A stretch of DNA of 64,000 nucleotides from Eledone cirrhosa. Its lineage: Eukaryota. The stretch lies in assembly GCA_964016885.1 (NCBI GenBank), contig OZ024742.1:167462001-167526000 (forward strand), in the 5' to 3' direction. Position 1 is the stretch's first letter, and every line of letters starts with the position of its first letter. Shown one piece after another: positions 1 through 11,360 of this stretch. The notes beneath the pieces were generated by a model that saw only the letters and a program-made list of their open reading frames with translations, was not told where the DNA came from and did no database searches. A program made the position numbers and the translations under genes.

Positions 1-9
1 GTAAAAAAA

Positions 10-37
10 TCAGGGGGAGATAATTTGTAAAAAAAAA
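10..37 (+). repeat. Example class A monomer TCAGGGGGAGATAATTTGT(A)n, n=7-10 (26-29 bp)
   Basis: Read directly: 10-37 = tcagggggagataatttgt + A9. It lies in the A block spanning 1-146. Confidence 0.97.
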
Positions 38-146
38 TCAGGGGGAGATAATTTGTAAAAAAAAATCAGGGGGAGATAATTTGTAAAAAAAATCAGGGGG
101 AGATAATTTGTAAAAAAAATCAGGGGGAGGTAATTTGTAAAAAAAA

Positions 147-321
147 TCAAGGGGAGATAATTTCCAGCCGTCCAAGGGGAGATAATTTTCAGCCGTCCAA
201 GGGGAGATAATTTCCAGCCGTCCAAGGGGAGATAATTTCCATCCTTCCAAGGGGAGATAATTTCCAGCCGTCCAAGGGGAGATAATTTTCAGCTGTCCAA
301 GGGGAGATAATTTCCCGCCAG
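147..321 (+). repeat. Example class B block: seven 25-bp monomers, consensus CCAAGGGGAGATAATTTCCAGCCGT
   Basis: Exact 25-bp period from 147. Variant monomers TTTTCAG, CCATCCTT and CCCGCCAG occur in a fixed order that recurs at ~5880, 12880, 27490, 37670, 42850 and 57460. Confidence 0.97.
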
Positions 322-3300
322 CCAAGGGAAGATAATATTTTAAAAAATCAGGCGGAGATAATTTGTAAAAAAAATCAGGGGGAGATAATTTGTAAAAAAA
401 TCAGGGGGAGATAATTTGTAAAAAAAAAATCAGGGGGAGATAATTTGTAAAAAAAATCAGGGGGAGATAATTTGTAAAAAAAAATCAGGGGTAGATAATT
501 TGTAAAAAAAAATCAGGGGGAGATAATTTGTAAAAAAAAAATCAGGGGGAGATAATTTGTAAAAAAAATCAAGGGGAGATAATTTCCAGCCGTCCAAGGA
601 GAGATAATTTTTAAAAAAAATCAGGCGGAGATAATTTGTAAAAAAAATCAAGGGGAGATAATTTGTAAAAAAAAATCAGGGGGAGATAATTTGTAAAAAA
701 AATCAAGGGGAGATAATTTCCAGCCGTCCAAGGTAAGATAATTTCCAGCACTCCAACGGGCTATAATTTGCAGTGTCCAAGGGGAGATAATTTCCAGCCA
801 GCGAAGGGGAGATAATTTTTTTAAAAAAATCAGGGGGAGATATGTAAAAAAAATCAGAGGGAGATAATTTCTAAAAAAAATCAAAGGGAGATAATTTCCA
901 GCCGTCCAAAGAGAGATAATTTCTAGCCGTCCAAGGGGAGATAATTTCCAGCCAAGGGGAGATAATTTCCAGCCGTCCAAGGGGAGATAATTATTTAAAA
1001 AATCAGGTGGAGATAATTTGTAAAAAAAATCAGGGGGAGATAATTTGTAAAAACAAAATCAAGGGCAGATAATTTCCAGCTGTCCAAGGGGAGATAATTT
1101 CCAGCCGTGCAAGGGGAGATAATTTCCAGCCGTCCAAGGGGAGATAATTTCCATCCTTCCAAGGGGAGATAATTTCCAGCCGTCCAAGGGGAGATAATTT
1201 CCCGCCAGCCAAGGGAAGATAATTTTTTAAAAAATCAGGCGGAGATTGTAAAAAAAATCAGGGGGAGATAATTTGTAAAAAAATCAGGAGGAGATAATTT
1301 GTAAAAAAATCAAGGGGAGATAATTTCGAGCTGTCCAAGGGTAGGTAATATCTAGCCGTCCAAGGGGAGATAATTTTCAGCCGTCCAAGGGGAGATAATT
1401 TCCAGCCGTCCAAGGGTAGATAATATCCAGCCGTCCAAGGAGAGGTAATTTCTAGCCGTCCAAGTGGAGATAAATTCCAGCCTCCAAGGGGAGATAATTT
1501 CCAGCCAGCCAAGGGGAGATAATTTGTAAAAAAATCAGGGGGAGATAATTTGTAAAAAAAATCAGGGGGAGATAATTTGTAAAAAAAAATCAGGGGGAGA
1601 TAATTTGTAAAAAAAATCAAGGGGAGATAATTTCCAGCCGTCCAAGGAGAGATAATTTAAAAAAAAATCAGGCGGAGATAATTTGTAAAAAAAAATCAGG
1701 GGGAGATAATTTGTAAAAAAAATCAAGGGGAGATAATTTCCAGCCGTCCAAGGGGAGATAATTTTCAGCCGTCCAAGGGGAGATAATTTCCAGCCGTCCA
1801 AGGGGAGATAATTTTAAAAAAAAATCAGGCGGAGATAATTTGTAAAAAAAAATCAAGGGGAGATAATTTGCAACCGTCCAAGGGGACATAATTTTCAGTC
1901 GTCCAAGGAGAGGTAATTTCTAGCCGTACAAGGGGAGATAATTTCCAGCCGTCCAAGGGGAGATAATTTCCAGCCGTCCAAGGGGAGATAATTTTTTTTT
2001 AAAAATCAGGCGGAGATAATTTGTAAAAAAAAAATCAGGGGGAGATAATTTGTAAAAAAAAATCAGGGGGAGATAATTTGTAAAAAAAAATCAGGGGGAG
2101 ATAATTTGTAAAAAAAATCAAGGGGAGATAATTTCCAGCCGTCCAAGGGAAGATAATTTCCAGCCCTCCAAGGGGCTATAATTTCCAGCGTCCAAGGGGA
2201 GATAATTTCCAGCCAGCGAAGGGCAGATAATTGTTTTAAAAAAATCATTGGGAGATTTGTAAAAAAAATCAGGGGGAGATAATTAATAAAAAAAATCAAG
2301 GGGAGATAATTTCCAGCCGTTCAAGGGGAGGTAATATCTAGCCGTCCAAGGGGAGATAATTTCCAGCCGTCCAAGGGGAGATAATTTCCAGCCGTCCAAG
2401 GGTAGATAATATCCAGCCGTCCAAGGAGACATATTTTCCAGCCGTCCAAGGAGAGGTAATTTCTAGCCGTCCAAGGGGAGATAATTTCCAACCAGAGATA
2501 ATTTGTAAAAAAAATCAGGGGTAGATAATTTGTAAAAAAAAATCAGGGGGAGATAATTTGTAAAAAAAAATCAGGGGGAGATAATTTGTAAAAAAAATCA
2601 AGGGGAGATAATTTCCAGCCGTCCAAGGAGAGATAATTTTAAAAAAAAATCAGGCGGAGATAATTTGTAAAAAAAAATCAGGGGGAGATAATTTGTAAAA
2701 AAAAATCAGGGGGAGATAATTTGTAAAAAAAATCAAGGGGAGATAATTTCCAGCCGTCCAAGGGGAGATAATTTCCAGCCGTCCAAGGGGAGATAATTTT
2801 TTTAAAAAAATCAGGCGGAGATAATTTGTAAAAAAAATCAGGGGGAGATAATTTGTAAAAAAAAATCAGGGGGAGATAATTTGTAAAAAAAAATCAGGGG
2901 GAGATAATTTCCAGCCGTCCAAGGGGAGATAATTTCCAGCCGTCCAAGGGTAGATAATATCCAGCCGTCCAAGTAGACATTTTCCAGCCGTCCAAGGAGA
3001 GGTAATTTCTAGCCGTCCAAGGGGAGATAAATTCCAGCCTCCAAGGGAAGATAATTTCCAGCCAGCCAAGGGGAGATAATTTGTAAAAAAATCAGGGGGA
3101 GATAATTTGTAAAAAAAATCAGGGGGAGATAATTTGTAAAAAAAAATCAGGGGGAGATAATTTGTAAAAAAAATCAGGGGGAGATAATTTGTAAAAAAAA
3201 TCAAGGGGAGATAATTTCCAGCCGTCCAAGGGGAGATAATTTTCAGCCGTCCAAGGGGAGATAATTTCCAGCCGTCCAAGGGGAGATAATTTCCATCCTT

Positions 3301-3511
3301 CCAAGGGGAGATAATTTCCAGCCGTCCAAGGGGAGATAATTTTCAGCCGTCCAAGGGGAGATAATTTCCAGCCGTCCAAGGGGAGATAATTTCCAGCCGT
3401 CCAAGGGGAAATAATTTTTTTAAAAAAATCAGGCGGAGATAATTTGTAAAAAAAATCAGGGGGAGATAATTTGTAAAAAAAAATCAGGGGGAGATAATTT
3501 GTAAAAAAAAA

Positions 3512-3871
3512 TCAGGGGGAGATAATTTCCAGCCGTCCAAGGTAAGATAATTTCCAGCCCTCCAAGGGGCTATAATTTCCAGCATCCAAGGGGAGATAAT
3601 TTCCAGCCGTCCAAGGGTAGATAATATCCAGCCGTCCAAGTAGACATATTTTCCAGCCGTCCAAGGAGAGGTAATTTCTAGCCGTCCAAGGGGAGATAAA
3701 TTCCAGCCTCCAAGGGGAGATAATTTCCAGCCAGCCAAGGGGAGATAATTTGTAAAAAAATCAGGGGGAGATAATTTGTAAAAAAAATCAGGGGGAGATA
3801 ATTTGTAAAAAAAAATCAGGGGGAGATAATTTGTAAAAAAAAATCAGGGGGAGATAATTTGTAAAAAAAAA
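3512..3871 (+). repeat. 360-bp module (9 B monomers, 223 bp, plus 5 A monomers, 137 bp)
   Basis: Counted monomers. ORF-track offsets of 360 at 3484/3844, 9506/9866, 10484/10844, 25178/25538 and 35277/35637. Confidence 0.85.
3611..3734 (+). repeat. Conserved five-monomer B-block terminal cassette (GGGTAG..ATATCC / AGACAT(A)TTTT / GGAGAGGT..CTAG / ATAAATT..CCTCC / CCAGCCAG)
   Basis: Same ordered variants end many different B blocks, e.g. ~2945, 3920, 4910, 5620, 7005, 8980, 9635, 9945, 10610, and onward through 63745. Confidence 0.9.
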
Positions 3872-6800
3872 TCAGGGGGAGATAATTTCCAGCCGTCCAA
3901 GGGGAGATAATTTTCAGCCGTCCAAGGGTAGATAATATCCAGCCGTCCAAGTAGACATTTTCCAGCCGTCCAAGGAGAGGTAATTTCTAGCCGTCCAAGG
4001 GGAGATAAATTCCAGCCTCCAAGGGGAGATAATTTCCAGCCAGCCAAGGGGAGATAATTTGTAAAAAAATCAGGGGGAGATAATTTGTAAAAAAAATCAG
4101 GGGGAGATAATTTGTAAAAAAAAATCAGGGGGAGATAATTTGTAAAAAAAATCAGGGGGAGATAATTTGTAAAAAAAAATCAGGGGGAGATAATTTGTAA
4201 AAAAAATCAAGGGGAGATAATTTCCAGCCGTCCAAGGGGAGATAATTTTCAGCCGTCCAAGGGGAGATAATTTCCAGCCGTCCAAGGGGAGATAATTTCC
4301 ATCCTTCCAAGGGGAGATAATTTCCAGCCGTCCAAGGGGAGATAATTTTCAGTCGTCCAAGGGGAGATAATTTCCCGCCAGCCAAGGGAAGATAATATTT
4401 TAAAAAATCAGGCGGTGATAATTTGTAAAAAAATCAGGGGGAGATAATTTGTAAAAAAAAAATCAGGGGGAGATAATTTGTAAAAAAAATCAGGGGGAGA
4501 TAATTTGTAAAAAAAAAATCAGGAGTAGATAATTTGTAAAAAAAAATCAGGGGGAGATAATTTGTAAAAAAAAAATCAGGGGGAGATAATTTGTAAAAAA
4601 AATCAGGGGGAGATAATTTGTAAAAAAAAATCAGGGGGAGATAATTTCCAGCCGTCCAAGGGGAGATAATTTTCAGCCGTCCAAGGGGAGATAATTTCCC
4701 GCCAGCCAAGGGAAGATAATATTTAAAAAAATCAGGCGGAGATAATTTGTAAAAAAAATCAGGGGGAGATAATTTGTAAAAAAATCAGGGGGAGATAATT
4801 TGTAAAAAAAATCAAGGGGAGATAATTTCCAGCCGTCCAAGGGGAGGTAATATCTAGCCGTCCAAGGGGAGATAATTTCCAGCCGTCCAACAGGAGATAA
4901 TTTCCAGCCGTCCAAGGGTAGATAATATCCAGCCGTCCAAGGAGACATATTTTCCAGCCGTCCAAGGAGAGGTAATTTCTAGCCGTCCAAGGGGAGATAA
5001 ATTCCAGCCTCCAAGGGGAGATAATTTCCAGCCAGCCAAGGGGAGATAATTTGTAAAAAAAATCAGGGGGAGATAATTTGTAAAAAAAATCAGGGGGAGA
5101 TAATTTGTAAAAAAAAATCAGGGGGAGATAATTTGTAAAAAAAATCAGGGGGAGATAATTTGTAAAAAAAAATCAAGGGGAGATAATTTCCAGCCGTCCA
5201 AGGGGAGATAATTTTCAGCCGCCCAAGGGCAGATAATTTCCCGCCAGCCAAGGGAAGATAATATTTAAAAAATCAGGCGGAGATAATTTGTAAAAAAAAT
5301 CAGGGGGAGATAATTTGTAAAAAAATCAGGGGGAGATAATTTGTAAAAAAAAAATCAGGGGGAGATAATTTGTAAAAGAAATCAGGGGGAGATGATTTGT
5401 AAAAAAAAATCAGGGGTAGATAATTTGTAAAAAAAAATCAGGGGGAGATAATTTGTAAAAAAAAATCAGGGGGAGATAATTTGTAAAAAAAATCAAGGGG
5501 AGATAATTTCCAGCCGTCGAAGGGAAGATAATTTCCACTCCTCCAAGGGGCTATAATTTCCAGCGTCCAAGGGGAGATAATTTCCAGCCGTCCAAGGGGA
5601 GATAATTTCCAGCCGTCCAAGGGTAGATAATATCCAGCCGTCCAAGTAGACATTTTCCAGCCGTCCAAGGAGAGGTAATTTCTAGCCGTCCAGGGGGAGA
5701 TAAATTCCAGCCTCCAAGGGAAGATAATTTCCAGCCAGCCAAGGGGAGATAATTTGTAAAAAAAAATTAGGGGGAGATAATTTGTAAAAAAAAATCAGGG
5801 GGAGATAATTTGTAAAAAAAAATCAGGGGGAGATAATTTGTAAAAAAAATCAGGGGGAGATAATTTGTAAAAAAAATCAAGGGGAGATAATTTCCAGCCG
5901 TCCAAGGGGAGATAATTTTCAGCCGTCCAAGGGGAGATAATTTCCAGCCGTCCAAGGGGAGATAATTTCCATCCTTCCAAGGGGAGATAATTTCCAGCCG
6001 TCCAAGGGGAGATAATTTTCAGCCGTCCAAGGGGAGATAATTTCCCGCCAGCCAAGGGAAGATAATATTTTAAAAAATCAGGCGGAGATAATTTGTAAAA
6101 AAAATCAGGGGGAGATAATTTGTAAAAAAATCAGGGGGAGATAATTTGTAAAAAAAAATCAGGGGGAGATAATTTGTAAAAAAAATCAGGGGGAGATAAT
6201 TTGTAAAAAAAAATCAGGGGTAGATAATTTGTAAAAAAAAATCAGGGGGAGATAATTTGCAAAAAAAAAATCAGGGGGAGATAATTTGTAAAAAAAATCA
6301 AGGGGGAGATAATTTCCAGCCGTCCAAGGTAAGATAATTTCCAGCACTCCAACGGGCTATAATTTGCAGTGTCCAAGGGGAGATAATTTCCAGCCAGCGA
6401 AGGGGAGATAATTTTTTTAAAAAAATCAGGGGGAGATATGTAAAAAAAATCAGAGGGAGATAATTTCTAAAAAAAATCAAAGGGAGATAATTTCCAGCCG
6501 TCCAAAGAGAGATAATTTCTAGCCGTCCAAGGGGAGATAATTTCCAGCCAAGGGGAGATAATTTCCAGCCGTCCAAGGGGAGATAATTATTTAAAAAATC
6601 AGGTGGAGATAATTTGTAAAAAAAATCAGGGGGAGATAATTTGTAAAAACAAAATCAAGGGCAGATAATTTCCAGCTGTCCAAGGGGAGATAATTTCCAG
6701 CCGTGCAAGGGGAGATAATTTCCAGCCGTCCAAGGGGAGATAATTTCCATCCTTCCAAGGGGAGATAATTTCCAGCCGTCCAAGGGGAGATAATTTCCCG

Positions 6801-9449
6801 CCAGCCAAGGGAAGATAATTTTTTAAAAAATCAGGCGGAGATTGTAAAAAAAATCAGGGGGAGATAATTTGTAAAAAAATCAGGAGGAGATAATTTGTAA
6901 AAAAATCAAGGGGAGATAATTTCCAGCTGTCCAAGGGGAGGTAATATCTAGCCGTCCAAGGGGAGATAATTTTCAGCCGTCCAAGGGGAGATAATTTCCA
7001 GCCGTCCAAGGGTAGATAATATCCAGCCGTCCAAGGAGACATATTTTCCAGCCGTCCAAGGAGAGGTAATTTCTAGCCGTCCAAGTGGAGATAAATTCCA
7101 GCCTCCAAGGGGAGATAATTTCCAGCCAGCCAAGGGGAGATAATTTGTAAAAAAATCAGGGGGAGATAATTTGTAAAAAAAATCAGGGGGAGATAATTTG
7201 TAAAAAAAAATCAGGGGGAGAAAATTTGTAAAAAAAATCAGGGGGAGATAATTTGTAAAAAAAATCAAGGGGAGATAATTTCCAGCCGTCCAAGGAGAGA
7301 TAATTTTAAAAAAAAATCAGGCGGAGATAATTTGTAAAAAAAAATCAGGGGGAGATAATTTGTAAAAAAAAATCAGGGGGAGATAATTTGTAAAAAAAAT
7401 CAAGGGGAGATAATTTCCAGCCGTCCAAGGGGAGATAATTTTCAGCCGTCCAAGGGGAGATAATTTCCAGCCGTCCCAGGGGAGATAATTTAAAAAAAAA
7501 ATCAGGCGGAGATAATTTGTAAAAAAAATCAAGGGGAGATAATTTCCAGCCGTCCAAGGGGACATAATTTTCAGTCGTCCAAGGAGAGGTAATTTCTAGC
7601 CGTACAAGGGGAGATAATTTCCAGCCGTCCAAGGGGAGATAATTTCCAGCCGTCCAAGGGGAGATAATTTTTTTTTAAAAATCAGGCGGAGATAATTTGT
7701 AAAAAAAAAATCAGGGGGAGATAATTTGTAAAAAAAAATCAGGGGGAGATAATTTGTAAAAAAAAATCAGGGGGAGATAATTTGTAAAAAAAATCAAGGG
7801 GAGATAATTTCCAGCCGTCCAAGGGAAGATAATTTCCAGCCCTCCAAGGGGCTATAATTTCCAGCGTCCAAGGGGAGATAATTTCCAGCCAGCGAAGGGG
7901 AGATAATTGTTTTAAAAAAATCATTGGGAGATTTGTAAAAAAAATCAGGGGGAGATAATTAATAAAAAAAATCAAGGGGAGATAATTTCCAGCCGTCCAA
8001 GGGGAGGTAATATCTAGCCGTCCAAGGGGAGATAATTTCCAGCCGTCCAAGGGGAGATAATTTCCAGCCGTCCAAGGGTAGATAATATCCAGCCGTCCAA
8101 GGAGACATATTTTCCAGCCGTCCAAGGAGAGGTAATTTCTAGCCGTCCAAGGGGAGATAAATTCCAGCCTCCAAGGGGAGATAATTTGTAAAAAAAATCA
8201 AGGGGAGATAATTTCCAGCCGTCCAAGGAGAGATAATTTAAAAAAAAAATCAGGCGGAGATAATTTGTAAAAAAAAATCAGGGGGAGATAATTTGTAAAA
8301 AAAATCAAGGGGAGATAATTTCCAGCCGTCCAAGGGGAGATAATTTTCAGCCGTCCAAGGGGAGATAATTTCCAGCCGTCCAAGGGGAGATAATTTTAAA
8401 AAAAAATCAGGCGGAGATAATTTGTAAAAAAAAATCAAGGGGAGATAATTTGCAACCGTCCAAGGGGACATAATTTTCAGTCGTCCAAGGAGAGGTAATT
8501 TCTAGCCGTACAAGGGGAGATAATTTCCAGCCGTCCAAGGGGAGATAATTTCCAGCCGTCCAAGGGGAGATAATTTTTTTTTAAAAATCAGGCGGAGATA
8601 ATTTGTAAAAAAAAAATCAGGGGGAGATAATTTGTAAAAAAAAATCAGGGGGAGATAATTTGTAAAAAAAAATCAGGGGGAGATAATTTGTAAAAAAAAT
8701 CAAGGGGAGATAATTTCCAGCCGTCCAAGGGAAGATAATTTCCAGCCCTCCAAGGGGCTATAATTTCCAGCGTCCAAGGGGAGATAATTTCCAGCCAGCG
8801 AAGGGGAGATAATTGTTTTAAAAAAATCATTGGGAGATTTGTAAAAAAAATCAGGGGGAGATAATTAATAAAAAAAATCAAGGGGAGATAATTTCCAGCC
8901 GTTCAAGGGGAGGTAATATCTAGCCGTCCAAGGGGAGATAATTTCCAGCCGTCCAAGGGGAGATAATTTCCAGCCGTCCAAGGGTAGATAATATCCAGCC
9001 GTCCAAGGAGACATATTTTCCAGCCGTCCAAGGAGAGGTAATTTCTAGCCGTCCAAGGGGAGATAAATTCCAGCCTCCAAGGGGAGATAATTTCCAGCCA
9101 GCCAAGGGGAGATAATTTGTAAAAAAATCAGGGGGAGATAATTTGTAAAAAAAATCAGGGGTAGATAATTTGTAAAAAAAAATCAGGGGGAGATAATTTG
9201 TAAAAAAAAATCAGGGGGAGATAATTTGTAAAAAAAATCAAGGGGAGATAATTTCCAGCCGTCCAAGGAGAGATAATTTTAAAAAAAAATCAGGCGGAGA
9301 TAATTTGTAAAAAAAAATCAGGGGGAGATAATTTGTAAAAAAAAATCAGGGGGAGATAATTTGTAAAAAAAATCAAGGGGAGATAATTTCCAGCCGTCCA
9401 AGGGGAGATAATTTCCAGCCGTCCAAGGGGAGATAATTTTTTTAAAAAA

Positions 9450-11360
9450 ATCAGGCGGAGATAATTTGTAAAAAAAATCAGGGGGAGATAATTTGTAAAA
9501 AAAAATCAGGGGGAGATAATTTGTAAAAAAAAATCAGGGGGAGATAATTTCCAGCCGTCCAAGGTAAGATAATTTCCAGCCCTCCAAGGGGCTATAATTT
9601 CCAGCATCCAAGGGGAGATAATTTCCAGCCGTCCAAGGGTAGATAATATCCAGCCGTCCAAGTAGACATATTTTCCAGCCGTCCAAGGAGATGTAATTTC
9701 TAGCCGTCCAAGGGGAGATAAATTCCAGCCTCCAAGGGGAGATAATTTCCAGCCAGCCAAGGGGAGATAATTTGTAAAAAAATCAGGGGGAGATAATTTG
9801 TAAAAAAAATCAGGGGGAGATAATTTGTAAAAAAAAATCAGGGGGAGATAATTTGTAAAAAAAAATCAGGGGGAGATAATTTGTAAAAAAAAATCAGGGG
9901 GAGATAATTTCCAGCCGTCCAAGGGGAGATAATTTCCAGCCGTCCAAGGGTAGATAATATCCAGCCGTCCAAGTAGACATTTTCCAGCCGTCCAAGGAGA
10001 GGTAATTTCTAGCCGTCCAAGGGGAGATAAATTCCAGCCTCCAAGGGAAGATAATTTCCAGCCAGCCAAGGGGAGATAATTTGTAAAAAAATCAGGGGGA
10101 GATAATTTGTAAAAAAAATCAGGGGGAGATAATTTGTAAAAAAAAATCAGGGGGAGATAATTTGTAAAAAAAATCAGGGGGAGATAATTTGTAAAAAAAA
10201 TCAAGGGGAGATAATTTCCAGCCGTCCAAGGGGAGATAATTTTCAGCCGTCCAAGGGGAGATAATTTCCAGCCGTCCAAGGGGAGATAATTTCCATCCTT
10301 CCAAGGGGAGATAATTTCCAGCCGTCCAAGGGGAGATAATTTTCAGCCGTCCAAGGGGAGATAATTTCCAGCCGTCCAAGGGGAGATAATTTCCAGCCGT
10401 CCAAGGGGAAATAATTTTTTTAAAAAAATCAGGCGGAGATAATTTGTAAAAAAAATCAGGGGGAGATAATTTGTAAAAAAAAATCAGGGGGAGATAATTT
10501 GTAAAAAAAAATCAGGGGGAGATAATTTCCAGCCGTCCAAGGTAAGATAATTTCCAGCCCTCCAAGGGGCTATAATTTCCAGCATCCAAGGGGAGATAAT
10601 TTCCAGCCGTCCAAGGGTAGATAATATCCAGCCGTCCAAGTAGACATATTTTCCAGCCGTCCAAGGAGAGGTAATTTCTAGCCGTCCAAGGGGAGATAAA
10701 TTCCAGCCTCCAAGGGGAGATAATTTCCAGCCAGCCAAGGGGAGATAATTTGTAAAAAAATCAGGGGGAGATAATTTGTAAAAAAAATCAGGGGGAGATA
10801 ATTTGTAAAAAAAAATCAGGGGGAGATAATTTGTAAAAAAAAATCAGGGGGAGATAATTTGTAAAAAAAAATCAGGGGGAGATAATTTCCAGCCGTCCAA
10901 GGGGAGATAATTTTCAGCCGTCCAAGGGTAGATAATATCCAGCCGTCCAAGTAGACATTTTCCAGCCGTCCAAGGAGAGGTAATTTCTAGCCGTCCAAGG
11001 GGAGATAAATTCCAGCCTCCAAGGGGAGATAATTTCCAGCCAGCCAAGGGGAGATAATTTGTAAAAAAATCAGGGGGAGATAATTTGTAAAAAAAATCAG
11101 GGGGAGATAATTTGTAAAAAAAAATCAGGGGGAGATAATTTGTAAAAAAAATCAGGGGGAGATAATTTGTAAAAAAAAATCAGGGGGAGATAATTTGTAA
11201 AAAAAATCAAGGGGAGATAATTTCCAGCCGTCCAAGGGGAGATAATTTTCAGCCGTCCAAGGGGAGATAATTTCCAGCCGTCCAAGGGGAGATAATTTCC
11301 ATCCTTCCAAGGGGAGATAATTTCCAGCCGTCCAAGGGGAGATAATTTTCAGTCGTCCAA
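9450..11360 (+). repeat. ~978-bp internal tandem duplication within the HOR
   Basis: ORF-track offsets of 978 at 9506/10484, 9866/10844, 10119/11097, 34299/35277 and 34659/35637. The offset is 953 (one B monomer fewer) at 24225/25178. Confidence 0.8.

Noticed and set aside
10-37. Telomeric repeat or retroposon poly(A) tails
   Set aside because: Two interleaved monomer classes with higher-order structure do not fit telomerase synthesis. The A runs are short, internal and periodic, with no element body or target-site duplication.
1-146. G-quadruplex array from repeated G4-G5 tracts
   Set aside because: Tracts are separated by ~21-24 nt loops, well beyond canonical short-loop G4 patterns.
151-160. 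Plasmid iterons/origin or tandem Shine-Dalgarno (GGAG) sites
   Set aside because: There is no rep gene or coding context, and the scale (>64 kb) and hierarchy are those of satellite DNA.
147-171. CENP-B box (17-bp core length coincidence; TGGAAA on the minus strand)
   Set aside because: It lacks the TTCG....A..CGGG determinants. The resemblance is limited to TGGAAA.
361-570. Phased A-tract macroscopic curvature (kinetoplast-like bent DNA)
   Set aside because: The long A-tracts recur every 26-29 bp, mostly out of phase with the ~10.5-bp helix, so their bends should largely cancel.
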